A program made the position numbers and the translations under genes. A model generated the notes under the pieces. The model worked only from the letters and a program-made list of their open reading frames with translations. It made no database searches and was not told where the DNA came from. A DNA stretch of 55,932 nt, from sequence record SRR20825019_1726; one strand, written 5' to 3'. Numbering within the stretch: the first letter of the stretch is position 1; each line of letters opens with the position of its first letter. Of this stretch, positions 10,475-21,200 are shown piece by piece.

Positions 10475-12868
10475 TTATTCGGGGGCTTTGAAGCGGGCTT
10501 GCAGTTCCTCAATGAGGTCACCTTTTTGCTCAACATGGTGGGCCTCGGTATTCACGATGGAAAGATAAAGCCGCCTGCGGAAGTCATCCAGGTCGAAGCC
10601 TTCGGGTAGGGCGTTATCACCTGCGGCATCAAGCACAAAATCAGTGAGGCGTTTGGCGGCGTGCAGGCGGCCCCAGATATAGTCGTTCTCGCGCGCGGCC
10701 CGGCTGAAAAATGCGCCAAAATTATAGAGCTGTGTGCCCATCAGGATATCTGCCGCAGGGTCTTCGTGCATGTCGGTACAGTCAAGCGGGCTGATGCGTG
10801 CCACACGAATTTCGTCCATCTCCAAAAGGTCTGCGCTGGCGCTCATCGGCAGCGTCAGCACATCATAGAAAGCATAGCCCACATAAGCGCGGAACAAAGT
10901 GGTGCGGAGGTCTGAATGCGGCAACACTGAAAGGATGGTCGCGAGAAGTTCGTCCTGTGCAAAATCCAGATCCTCCAGCTCCATGGCTGAGCCAAGGCTG
11001 TTCAGGTAATGGTCGATCGCCGCGTCTGAAAGCCTGTCACCGTTCACGCCCGCGAAGGTTTCCGCCGGGTACATGCTTGGCTGCCAGCGGGCACGGAACT
11101 GCTCAAGCTGCTCATAGATTTGTTTTTTGACGCGTTTGACCGGCTCGACCATATGGCCGTTGCTGTCCTGCTGCATAAACCGGTTGAGCTTGAGGATAAC
11201 AAAGCGTAGCCGCCGGATGCGGTAGTCTACATCAAGCTCGCGCAGGCGTTTTACATGGTGCTGGAAACCAAAGGCGGGCACGATGTTCACCACACCGCCC
11301 TCCGGGCACAGTAGGCCTTTCATCTCCGCCCAGCGGCGCAGGGCCTCAAATGTGTCTGTCTCGCTTAATGCGGTGCCGGTTTTTACGCTACCGTCCACCA
11401 TCAACTGTGCCAGCCGTTCAAGAAGCCGCACGGTTTTGGCCTGCATGTAGGAGGCATAGGCAAACCCGGTGTGTTTGTGGGCAAGCTCGTGTGCACGCTC
11501 CCGCCATGAAGCCAGCATGGCCACCTCAACCTTTTTCTCTGCGTCCAGTATCAGAAGGCTGTCTACAAGGCGGTTAACCTCAGCTTCGGCAGACTGCACG
11601 GTTGCTTCAAAACGCCGGGCCTTTTTGTTCTGCTGGTCTATCGCGCGCAGGTCTTCATAAATAGGTTCCCTGCGGGGTATTTCCGCAAGCGACGACAAGA
11701 TGGTGCGGAAGAAGCCGGGCAGGTCTGCATGCCGGGTTTTCTCCTTTACCGTGTCCGGGTCATCGGGCATGGGGTCTACATAGATGATACGGCGGTCAAC
11801 CTCCCGGTGCGCGGGGCGTTCATAGACGGCCTGAATGGCGGAGCCGAAAGGTTTGTTGTTGGTGACACCACCGTCAATGAAACACATGGCATTAAGCGTG
11901 GTCATGTCGGCAATCAGGCCGGGAAAGTTTTTGGCCAGAAACGATTGCCGCATGGGCCAGTCTTGCCGCCGTGCCGTCAGGCGGTCCTCAAGGTCGCTGA
12001 GCCTGAGGGGCGGAAAAGCGCCGGGGAAGCTGGACGTTGCGCGCGCCGCGAAACCGAGGGCAGGCAGGTTCTCGTCAGCAAATTCGCTCAGCGTCGCGCC
12101 GCCGGGAGATTGCCGGTAGCTGAGGTTTAATGTGACACCGTGCTGGTGCTCAAGCACCTCGCCGGGGTCATGCAGTTTTACCCGCCGGGGTTGGCCGAAA
12201 AAATTGGTCAGGCTGACAAAAAGGTCAAGCTTGTGGCCGGGCGGCATGAGGGTCTCATTATCGGTCACATGCCCCATGTTCTCAACGGCATTGAGCATCC
12301 ACGTGAGCATGCGTGTGCCCGAGAATGGCGGCTGGAACCAGCGGGAGCGCACAAATCGGAATAGCTTCCGGCGTGTTTCCTCATCCGGTTTGATGTCCCC
12401 AAACGCCTTGCGGCCAACGAGCCATAGGAAGGGGTAGAGGTAAAACTTGCTGGACCGGTCAGCCAGCGTGTCATCCTCCATCAGCTCTTCCACGTCACCA
12501 AGGTTGAGCCACATGGTGCGCAAGGGATCGAAATCCAGATCATGGGCGAGGGCGCGCGCGAGGAAAATACCGTTGATGCCGCCTGCGCTCGCGCCAGAGA
12601 CCACATCAACAATAACCCTCAGTTCCAGCTTGTGACCAACAGCCTGCAACAGCTCAAAATACAGTGCTTCGGTATCTGTGGTATAGGGGCGCTCGGGTGC
12701 GGCGTCATCAAAGGTGGTGGCAAGCCGTGCTTCGCGGTCCACCACACCGTGAAAAGCGCGGGAAGCGCGTACAAGCTTAAGGATTTCACCGGAGATACCG
12801 TTCATATAGATGGCAAGCGATGCGCCACCATAACAAACCAGTGCCAGCCTTAATTCCTTTTCCCGCAT
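10475..12868 (-). CDS. Patatin-like protein with DUF3376
   Basis: ELRLALVCYGGASLA, GASAG nucleophile, DGG acid, FGAFFSRAARENDYIWGRL. Confidence 0.92.
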   Translation of the reverse strand: MREKELRLALVCYGGASLAIYMNGISGEILKLVRASRAFHGVVDREARLATTFDDAAPERPYTTDTEALYFELLQAVGHKLELRVIVDVVSGASAGGINGIFLARALAHDLDFDPLRTMWLNLGDVEELMEDDTLADRSSKFYLYPFLWLVGRKAFGDIKPDEETRRKLFRFVRSRWFQPPFSGTRMLTWMLNAVENMGHVTDNETLMPPGHKLDLFVSLTNFFGQPRRVKLHDPGEVLEHQHGVTLNLSYRQSPGGATLSEFADENLPALGFAARATSSFPGAFPPLRLSDLEDRLTARRQDWPMRQSFLAKNFPGLIADMTTLNAMCFIDGGVTNNKPFGSAIQAVYERPAHREVDRRIIYVDPMPDDPDTVKEKTRHADLPGFFRTILSSLAEIPRREPIYEDLRAIDQQNKKARRFEATVQSAEAEVNRLVDSLLILDAEKKVEVAMLASWRERAHELAHKHTGFAYASYMQAKTVRLLERLAQLMVDGSVKTGTALSETDTFEALRRWAEMKGLLCPEGGVVNIVPAFGFQHHVKRLRELDVDYRIRRLRFVILKLNRFMQQDSNGHMVEPVKRVKKQIYEQLEQFRARWQPSMYPAETFAGVNGDRLSDAAIDHYLNSLGSAMELEDLDFAQDELLATILSVLPHSDLRTTLFRAYVGYAFYDVLTLPMSASADLLEMDEIRVARISPLDCTDMHEDPAADILMGTQLYNFGAFFSRAARENDYIWGRLHAAKRLTDFVLDAAGDNALPEGFDLDDFRRRLYLSIVNTEAHHVEQKGDLIEELQARFKAPE

Positions 12869-13085
12869 TGTGCCTTCCCAACAGCTTACTCGCTGTAAGC
12901 TTATGACCAGTTTGCAGTTTTTTCAAAAAAAGCCAATGAGCTTTTATAGTAAGGCTGCTCGTTTTCCCTCTAGACTAAACCGATTGCAGGCTACCGAAGA
13001 CTAGATGGAAAGTTTAGGATCACGGACAAATGAGGGTGTTTGTGCCAGGTGAAGCCCGTGGGACGTATTAGACGGAGTAGGTGAT

Positions 13086-14096
13086 TTGAACGATAATATT
13101 GCGGCTGACCCCAACTGGTGGCCCCATCGATTTGACCCCACAAAAGGGCATGTTCACTTTATCCGGGCGACGCGGGATGATCATCGGCAGTCGGTTTTCC
13201 TGACGGATGAATACCTGAAGGATGCGCCCAACCCGCGCGCTGTTGGCCTGCAGGCCGCAGCCGGTGCAGGGGCGAGAGCACCGCTGCATTTCATTTTTCA
13301 TTCGGCCTATTGTTGTTCCACGCTGCTTGCTAAGGCATTTGACCAGCCGGGCCTCTCGATGGGGCTCAAGGAGCCGCAAATACTCAATGACCTGTCTGGC
13401 TGGCGAATGCGCGGTGCGCAGCCGCAGGAACTGGCTAATGTGACGGCCGGTGTATTGGCTGTTCTGTCGCGACCATTTGAGGCGGGCGAGGCGGTTATCA
13501 TTAAGCCGTCCAATCTGGTCAACGGGCTTGCGGGGTTGATGCTGCATGTAAGCCCCGCCTCAAAAGCAGTTTTCCTTTATGCCCCGCTCAGAGATTTCCT
13601 GGGTTCAATAGCGCGTAAAGGCATGTGGGGCAGGCTTTGGGTGCGGGACCTGATGGTAAAACAGATGCGGGAGGGGCTGATTAATCTGGGGCTCCAAGGG
13701 GAGGATTACCTGCGCCTCACCGACCTGCAGGCGGCGGCTGTGGGGTGGCTCGCCCAGCACGCTTTGTTTGCACAACTGGTCATGAAGTTTGGTGCAGAGA
13801 GAGTGAAAACACTCAATAGCGTTGAGCTGATGAAAGCGCCAGACGTGGCAATGCGGAAACTGACAGACCACTATGGGTTGGCGATGAGCAATGATGCGCT
13901 TGGCCAACTGGTTGAAGGCCCGGTGTTTACCCGGCATTCCAAAAATGACGCCGATTTTGACGCCGGTGCCAGAGAGGCTGAGCGGCAAGCGGGTGAAGCG
14001 CTGCATGCGGATGAGATTGAGAAAGTCTCTATGTGGGCCGAGACGGTTGCAAAAAGTGCAAACGTTCCGTTGACGTTGCCCGCCTTACTGCTCTGA
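13086..14096 (+). CDS. Sulfotransferase-fold hypothetical protein
   Basis: FIFHSAYCCSTLL resembles the 5'-PSB loop; also KEP and IIKP. TTG start with GGAG SD. Confidence 0.6.
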   Translation: MNDNIAADPNWWPHRFDPTKGHVHFIRATRDDHRQSVFLTDEYLKDAPNPRAVGLQAAAGAGARAPLHFIFHSAYCCSTLLAKAFDQPGLSMGLKEPQILNDLSGWRMRGAQPQELANVTAGVLAVLSRPFEAGEAVIIKPSNLVNGLAGLMLHVSPASKAVFLYAPLRDFLGSIARKGMWGRLWVRDLMVKQMREGLINLGLQGEDYLRLTDLQAAAVGWLAQHALFAQLVMKFGAERVKTLNSVELMKAPDVAMRKLTDHYGLAMSNDALGQLVEGPVFTRHSKNDADFDAGAREAERQAGEALHADEIEKVSMWAETVAKSANVPLTLPALLL

Positions 14097-14141
14097 AGAT
14101 AAAGTCAGACCCGGTTAACCCAAACAAATATTGAAGCAAAG

Positions 14142-14169
14142 AAAAAGGCGGGCCAGTTGGCCCGCCTTT
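14142..14169. terminator. Bidirectional intrinsic terminator
   Basis: aaaaaggcgggcca-gt-tggcccgccttt between convergent genes. Confidence 0.9.
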
Positions 14170-14192
14170 CATGTTTGTAATAAACGCGATGA

Positions 14193-17100
14193 TTAGAAAG
14201 TGATTTTCGCGTTAATGCCATAGCGACGGCCAAGCGCATCATAAGTTGACGGGAAGGTGTTACCGCTGTTTGCAGCAGTCGTACCAGCGTCGTTACTTAC
14301 GATTGGTGGGCGCTTGTTGAACAGGTTCGTCACGGTGCCTGTGAGGGCTACGTTTTCGAACACGTGGTAACGAACAGACAGGTCAAAATAGTCATAGGCT
14401 TTGATCCTGTTGAAGTCATGGCTACCGAGGCCTTGAACGTCACCGCTGTAAAGAGGCGCTGTATCAGCAAACTCGTACTTAACGCCGTCAATGTGACGCC
14501 ACAGAACGGACAAGTCGAACTTCTCATACGTGAACGTGTTACGCATGTTCCAGGTAAACTTCGGCTGGATTTGGCCGTTGGTAGAACCACAGTTTGCGCT
14601 GTAGAGACCTACACAGTCGCGGTTCTCTGAAACGCCTGTCGTAGCCTGGAAGGTTGATTTGTTGGTCCAGTTACCAGCAAAGCTCATGTTCCAGTCAACG
14701 CTGTCACTAATGTTGTGGCCATAGGTTACCGTTACGTCAATACCGTCAGTGCGAAGGTTACCGCTGTTCGACAGGAACGTTGGCAGACCTTTTACAACTG
14801 CTTCGTCACCGCTGAGACCACCATCGATTGGCGAGCGAACGATCGCGCGACAAGCATCGCTTGTGGTGCTTGGGTTGTCGAAACAAGCGGCCAGGGCATC
14901 GTCAGGTGCAGGCTGAGAGATCGAACCATCGATTTTGATGTTGTAGTAATCGATCGTCATGGTCAGACCTGGAATTGCCGCTGGGCGAATGATCGCACCA
15001 AGGGTCCAGCTGTCTGATTTCTCAGGTACCAGAGCCAGGTTACCACCTGTCGTGTTGTTGGCTTGGCCAGCAGCCGGATCAGGAATAAACCCGATTGAGG
15101 TTGCAGGAGCACCCTGAGCGATACAAACGTCGCGAACAACACCGGTTGGGCCGGAGTTGTAAATCACGCCATTGTCGTCAACTGACGCACATGGATCGTT
15201 GTTCAGGTTGGTCAGGCCAGTTGTGATCGGGTTAAACAATTCGAAGATGTTCGGTGCCCGAACCGCATGAGAGTAGGTACCGCGGAAGCTGATATCATCC
15301 GTTGGCGACCAGCTCAGACCTGTTTTCCAGGTTGTGGTGTTGTAGGAAGGGTTGCTTGGATCATCAACCGAGTAATCTGAGTAACGGATACCCGCCTCAA
15401 GGTTCAGTTGTTTGGCCCATGCAGCATCGGTCACGAGTGGTACCACAAACTCCGCAACACCTTCATAGACAGAGAAACCGCCATCGATGTTTGGTGCAGC
15501 ACCGCCGGCACCGCCGAGGTCACCGGACTGTGACAGCAGATCAGATTCACGTGTTGCGGAATACTTGCGGTATTCACCTGCAACAGCGAAGTTTACTGCT
15601 TCGGAAGCCCAAGGCATGGTGAAGCCAACTTCACCGCTCACAGAACCTTTAATCTGGCTCATAGCGAAATTGGTTGTGATCGCACTTTCGCCGCCTGACA
15701 GGTAAGCATTCTGTTCTTCGGTGATCGAGCCAGTCGGGCCGAAGAAGTCAACTGGAATACAGCCGTCAGTGGTGGTTGGGCAGCCAAGCAGTGAGTTACG
15801 GAAGCGAGACTTCAGCCAATAACCCTTTTGGATCTGAACTTGCTTGCTCTCACCGTGTGAAGCCATGACATCCCAGCTGAGAGTGTCAGTCAGGTCACCG
15901 CGCAGGCCAAGCTGGAAGTCAAAGTAATCAGCGGTAAAGTCACTGATCCGTGGGCCGCCTTCTACGTTACGACGACGAAGCTGAGTGTCAACTTCAAGGT
16001 AGTTAGGGTCTGAAGGACCGGTTGCTGTCGCTGCTGCGTCACACTGAGCCTGGGTATAAACAGGCGTGTAAACGCCAGCGGCCGGGTCTGTATCAAACGC
16101 ACAGAAAGCGTTACGCTGAGCAGCAGACATGAGCGAGTGGTTAAGGGCCACAGTCACGCTGTCACCGAAAGCGCCGGACGGTGCGATCAGGGTATTAACC
16201 GTGTTACGCGAGTAAATGCCGCGGGTATAAACCTCGATATTATCAGCGATTTCATAGTTCGCAGCTGCATAGACGTTGTAGCGCTCAAACGGTGTCTGAT
16301 AAACGTTCAGTGGTGAGAAGTTATAGGCTGTGAAGTCAGCCGCGAAAGTGCGGTTGTCTTGTACGCCGCCCAGGCCCAGGTTGGCATTGTCTGCACCGGT
16401 TGGGTTGACGTTACCAAAACGCGTGTTGTAGGAGCCGAGGCCAGAACCACCGCGTGAGCCGTCGCCGCCTGAGAGCGAATATTCGCCGTAGTCGCGGTCA
16501 CCCATATAAACAGGGTCGGACTTCTGATAACCAAGGCTGATTACAACATTGCCTTTGTCTTCAATGTTGCCGCCCATGGTGATTTCAAAGCGTTTGGTGT
16601 CGCCATCGCCTTCTTCGGTCACACCGTAGCTTGAGTTTACTTCAACACCTGAGAAGTTTTTCCGAGTGATGAAGTTCACTACACCACTGATGGCATCAGC
16701 GCCGTATGTGGTGCTCGCGCCGCCGGTCAGAACGTCAACACGCTCGAGCAGGGCAATCGGAATATTGTTGGTGTCGAACACGCCTGTAAGCGTTGAAGGT
16801 GACATGCGAACGCCATCAACCAGTGCAACGTTACGGTTCGTGCCAAGGCCACGAAGGTCGACAGTTGCGAAACCGCCGTTACCGTTGTTTACCTGTGCAC
16901 CAATCGCAGGCACTACGCCAGGGATGGTACGCAGAATTTCTTCCACAACGTTGGTGTTGCGGTAGGTCATTTCTTCAGGTGAAACGACTGCAACAGGGTT
17001 AGACCGTGTGAGGTTAGGGTTGCGGATCAAAGAACCCGTAACAACGATCTCTTCAAGGCTTAGCTCTTCTGTGTCCGCGTCTGTTGTATCTTGTGCGAAT

Positions 17101-17201
17101 GCAGAAACGCTCGATCCCATTGCCATGAGTGCAAGTGCTGTCGCTGCACTGCCCATGTAACGGGTACGCCCCCCCTGACGTATTGTGTTGGTGTTTGCCA
17201 T
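14193..17201 (-). CDS. TonB-dependent receptor (TBDR1)
   Basis: Signal peptide, TonB box EEIVVTGS, plug DLRGLG..R and ERVDVLTGGAS..YGADA..GVVNF, C-terminal F. Confidence 0.96.
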   Translation of the reverse strand: MANTNTIRQGGRTRYMGSAATALALMAMGSSVSAFAQDTTDADTEELSLEEIVVTGSLIRNPNLTRSNPVAVVSPEEMTYRNTNVVEEILRTIPGVVPAIGAQVNNGNGGFATVDLRGLGTNRNVALVDGVRMSPSTLTGVFDTNNIPIALLERVDVLTGGASTTYGADAISGVVNFITRKNFSGVEVNSSYGVTEEGDGDTKRFEITMGGNIEDKGNVVISLGYQKSDPVYMGDRDYGEYSLSGGDGSRGGSGLGSYNTRFGNVNPTGADNANLGLGGVQDNRTFAADFTAYNFSPLNVYQTPFERYNVYAAANYEIADNIEVYTRGIYSRNTVNTLIAPSGAFGDSVTVALNHSLMSAAQRNAFCAFDTDPAAGVYTPVYTQAQCDAAATATGPSDPNYLEVDTQLRRRNVEGGPRISDFTADYFDFQLGLRGDLTDTLSWDVMASHGESKQVQIQKGYWLKSRFRNSLLGCPTTTDGCIPVDFFGPTGSITEEQNAYLSGGESAITTNFAMSQIKGSVSGEVGFTMPWASEAVNFAVAGEYRKYSATRESDLLSQSGDLGGAGGAAPNIDGGFSVYEGVAEFVVPLVTDAAWAKQLNLEAGIRYSDYSVDDPSNPSYNTTTWKTGLSWSPTDDISFRGTYSHAVRAPNIFELFNPITTGLTNLNNDPCASVDDNGVIYNSGPTGVVRDVCIAQGAPATSIGFIPDPAAGQANNTTGGNLALVPEKSDSWTLGAIIRPAAIPGLTMTIDYYNIKIDGSISQPAPDDALAACFDNPSTTSDACRAIVRSPIDGGLSGDEAVVKGLPTFLSNSGNLRTDGIDVTVTYGHNISDSVDWNMSFAGNWTNKSTFQATTGVSENRDCVGLYSANCGSTNGQIQPKFTWNMRNTFTYEKFDLSVLWRHIDGVKYEFADTAPLYSGDVQGLGSHDFNRIKAYDYFDLSVRYHVFENVALTGTVTNLFNKRPPIVSNDAGTTAANSGNTFPSTYDALGRRYGINAKITF

Positions 17202-17300
17202 GAGTTTCCTCCTCTGTGGCTAGGCAAAATAAACTGTGCCTGTGTGGATAGATTCCTCGCCCATCCATCGCGGCACAGAGGAGAGGCTGTGCGATATAGC
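17202..17300 (-). promoter_or_regulatory. Structured 5' leader of TBDR1 with anti-SD helix
   Basis: Perfect 10-bp inverted repeat 17274-17283/17209-17218 covers the SD. Inner helices and an alternative 7-bp helix are present. Confidence 0.65.
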
Positions 17301-18277
17301 CTGAAGGTTACAATCTTTTTATTAGGAAGATTAAAGACTAGATTGAAATATATGATGAAAAAGTGACAATTTGATCACATAGACATATAGTTATTACTAT
17401 AAGTTTATTTCAATAGTTTAGTTATTATGTAAAAAGACATACCAGAATAGGTATTCTGTACTTTAGTTATATTATTGAATCGAACCACCTAGCCTCCGGT
17501 GTCCTACCTAAGACATTCGATCAGGCATGAAACCTCATAAAATTGTTTAAAGATTAGAATTCTACCTTGATTCGAAGCCAGATATCGCCGGAAGCCGACC
17601 AGGGTGGGTCTGTATGGCGGGCCTCGTTCGTTGGTCTGAGTGGAGTGATGTATCCGGATGCCAGATAGGCGGGGTCGATACCAAGTCCGATGTGGTGTAT
17701 TTCACCCGCCGATTTTACTTGGGACCAATATGGGGCCTGGCCGGTGGTGGTCTGTTTCCCTTCAGCCTCCTTGTGCGAGGATGACTGGTTTAGTTTTGGG
17801 TAACGTCAGTTTAACTTGATCTAGTCTTTAGGTTTGTCTCAATAGTTCATTGATACTTTGACGAGTGATATTGCGCGAAATTATCATCGCTTCAAGGGGG
17901 CAGCGTGGGACAAAATCACGCAATTAGACTAAAATTTGAAACTATAAGCGATGTTAGTACAGCTGGTTAGGGGGCGATGGTGGTCTTTGGTGATTTTGGC
18001 AACTCAGCAGCCAGGCGAAACAAGGTGATTCATTTTTTGCACCCCATACGTGCAAATCTGCTCGCTCAGCATCAATATAAAGTAATAAACCAAAGTAATA
18101 ACGTAAGCTTTTAGTAATAATACCTATGTTATTATTTGTGTTTTTTTGGCCACACGAACGAATTACATCATTCTTTAAGTAGTAGTTCTTAAGGTTATAC
18201 GTTTCGGAAAATAAAAATATGTCGCTACTCCTTCCTCTTCCCTCGTCACAGAGGGCTAGAAATCAGGAGGAAAGAAA

Positions 18278-21200
18278 GTGACAACTTTGTCCAATAAAGC
18301 TCGGAAGGCTCAGCTGTTGGGTGGCACTGGTATTGCTGCTGCGCTGGCGCTTTCACTTACAGGCGCTGTATCTGCACAGGATGCTGCTGCCGACGAAACT
18401 ACCTTTGAAGAAGTGGTGGTAACAGGGTCACGTATCGTGTCTCCAGACATCTCTTCCGTATCCCCAGTACACGTAATCGGCGGCGAGATGATTCGTCAGT
18501 CCGGTGTTGCAAACATTCAGGACCTGCTGCTTGAAAGCCCACAGTTTGGTGTTCCAGGCCTTAGCCGTTCCAACTCTGCGTTCCTGACGTCAGGTACCGG
18601 TGCTGCAACTGTTGACCTTCGTGACCTCGGTTCAGACCGTACGCTCGTGCTTTTCAATGGCCGTCGCGTTGTGTCTGGTCGCCCAGGTACAGCAACGGTT
18701 GACCTGAACATCGTTCCAACCCAGTTCATCGAGCGTGTAGACGTTCTGACAGGTGGCGCGTCATCTCTTTATGGTTCTGATGCTGTTGCGGGTGTTGTTA
18801 ACTTCGTCTTTAAGAAAGACTTTGAAGGCATCGAAGCCAGCGCACAGTACGGCGTGACCGAAGAAGGTGATGACGAGAACTATCAAGCGAACATCACTGT
18901 TGGCAGCAACTTCGCTGACGACCGTGGTAACATGATGTTCCACATCGGTTACACCGACCAGAAGGGTGTTCTGTCCCGCGAGCGTGAAAACACGCAAATG
19001 GATGATATCGACCTCTTCCGTCTGACCGGCGACCCAGCAGACTTCGGTACGTCATCTGCACCGTTCTTGTCTAGTTTCCCTCCACAAGGCCGTTTCGATA
19101 CAGGCAGCGGTTCCACCTGGACATTTGATGCAGACAACAACCTGCGTCCATGTTTCAGTACAAACGGTGGTACAGCACCTGCCTCTTGTGGTGACGCAGC
19201 TGGCGAGGCGATTGGCCCAGACGGCTTCAACCGTCAGAACTACCGCACAATTGCTGTGCCGGTTGAGCGTTATCTGATGGCAACGCGCGGTCACTATGAG
19301 GTGACTGAAGACATCACCTTCTTTGCTGAAGGCACCTATGCAAACACCCGTTCTTCCCGTGAGATCGAGCCGTTTGCTCTTGGTTCCGACAATATCTACC
19401 CAGCTTCCGGCGGCTTGATGAACATTGAGACAATGGTAGGCGGCACCATGATGGTGAACCCACTGATCCCAACGGCGATTGTGAACGATGCGGTTGATAG
19501 CGATGGTGACGGTTTCCGTGACATCAGCTTCGCCCGGCGTCTGCTTGAGTTCGGTACCCGTAACGGTAGCGTAAACCGCGATACTTTCCGTTTCTCGGCT
19601 GGTTTCGAAGGTTCCTTCATGGACGACAAGTTCAACTGGGATGTTGCTTATACATATGGCCGCACCAGTGAATCACAGCAGTCCAACGGCCAGGTTAACG
19701 TTCTGAACTTCGCAAGCGCGCTTGCAGCTGTTCAAGACGTAAACGACCTTGATAACGACGGTTCAACAACGGATGCTATCTGTGCGAGCGCTGACGCCCG
19801 TGCACAAGGTTGTGTACCTGTAAACATTTGGGGCCATAACTCAGCGTCTCAGGCCGCGATCAACTACATCGCTGCTGACCAGACACTTGAAACACGTATT
19901 TCACAACAAGTGATCAACGCCAACATCTCTGGCGCGCTGTTTGAAATGCCTGCTGGTCCACTGGGTGTTGCTATCGGTGGTGAATACCGTAAAGAGACAA
20001 GCTCAGCGAACAACGATGCCCTCACAAATGCTGGCCTGAACGCGGGTAACGCGCTTCCGGATACATTTGGTAGCTTCGATGTTAAAGAACTGTACGCTGA
20101 GGTGAACATTCCAATCCTCGCAGATCTGCCTTTCGCTGAGAGCATGAACCTGCGTGCGGCTGGTCGTCTCTCTGACTACTCCACTGTTGGCACGGTATAC
20201 ACCTACAGCCTTGGCCTTGACTGGTCCCCGATTGAAGACGTCAAGTTCCGTGGTACATACGCTCGTTCCGTACGTGCTCCGAACATTGGTGAGCTTTACA
20301 CTGGCCCGTCACAAACCTTCCCATCAGGCCTCACAGACCCATGTGCCGGCATTGGCGCAACGGGTGGTGGTGCAGCAGGTGATAACTGTCGTGCGGATGC
20401 TGGCGTTCTCGCTAACATCGCGGCAAACGGCACATTCACGCTGAACCAGTCTGATCTTCAGGGTATCAGCGGCTTCAACAGCGGTAACGCTGACCTCTTT
20501 GAAGAGAAGTCTGACTCGATCACTCTCGGTGTTGTCATCACGCCAAACAGCGTTGAAATGCTCCGCAATTTCACTGTGACGGTTGATTACTTCAACATCG
20601 AAATCGAAGACGCGATCGTGGCACCGCCACGTCAGTTCATCCTCGACCAGTGTTATGGTCAGGGCGAGCAGTCCTTCTGTGACCTGATCGAGCGCCGTGC
20701 GGCCCCAACCGCTACCAACAGTGCTGGTTCGCTTGAGTTCATCAACGCGCCTCTCTTCAACGGTGGTGCGCTGAAAACTGAAGGTCTGGACGTTTCGATC
20801 CGCCACATGACGAGCCTTGAAGGCCTCGGCATCACCGGTGACCTGCGTTCAAGCATCGTTTATACCAACTACTTCAACGGCTACACAGTTCCAATTCCTG
20901 GCGCTGACCGTGACCCGTTTGTTGGTGAAATCGGCGATCCCAAGCACCGTTTCACAGCGAACATGACCTATAGCCATGAGCGTTTTGATATCGGCCTGAC
21001 CGGTACTTACCTTGGTAAGTCCTACGAAGATGACCAGTTCCTGGCTGCCTTCGGTCTTGAGCCAGACGATATCTCCGTGGGTGCAGAGATCTATCTCGAC
21101 CTGAACGCTGCCTTCCGCATCAACGACACTGTTGAAGTTTATGGCGGTATCGACAACCTGCTCGACAACAAAGCACCAAACCTGCTTTCCGGTACAACAT

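Noticed and set aside
17363-17378. CRP/FNR box
   Set aside because: Spacer is 8 nt rather than 6; kept only as an unassigned dyad.
17997-18011. Sigma54 promoter (TGGC...GC)
   Set aside because: GG-N10-GC spacing fits, but the TTGC element is missing.
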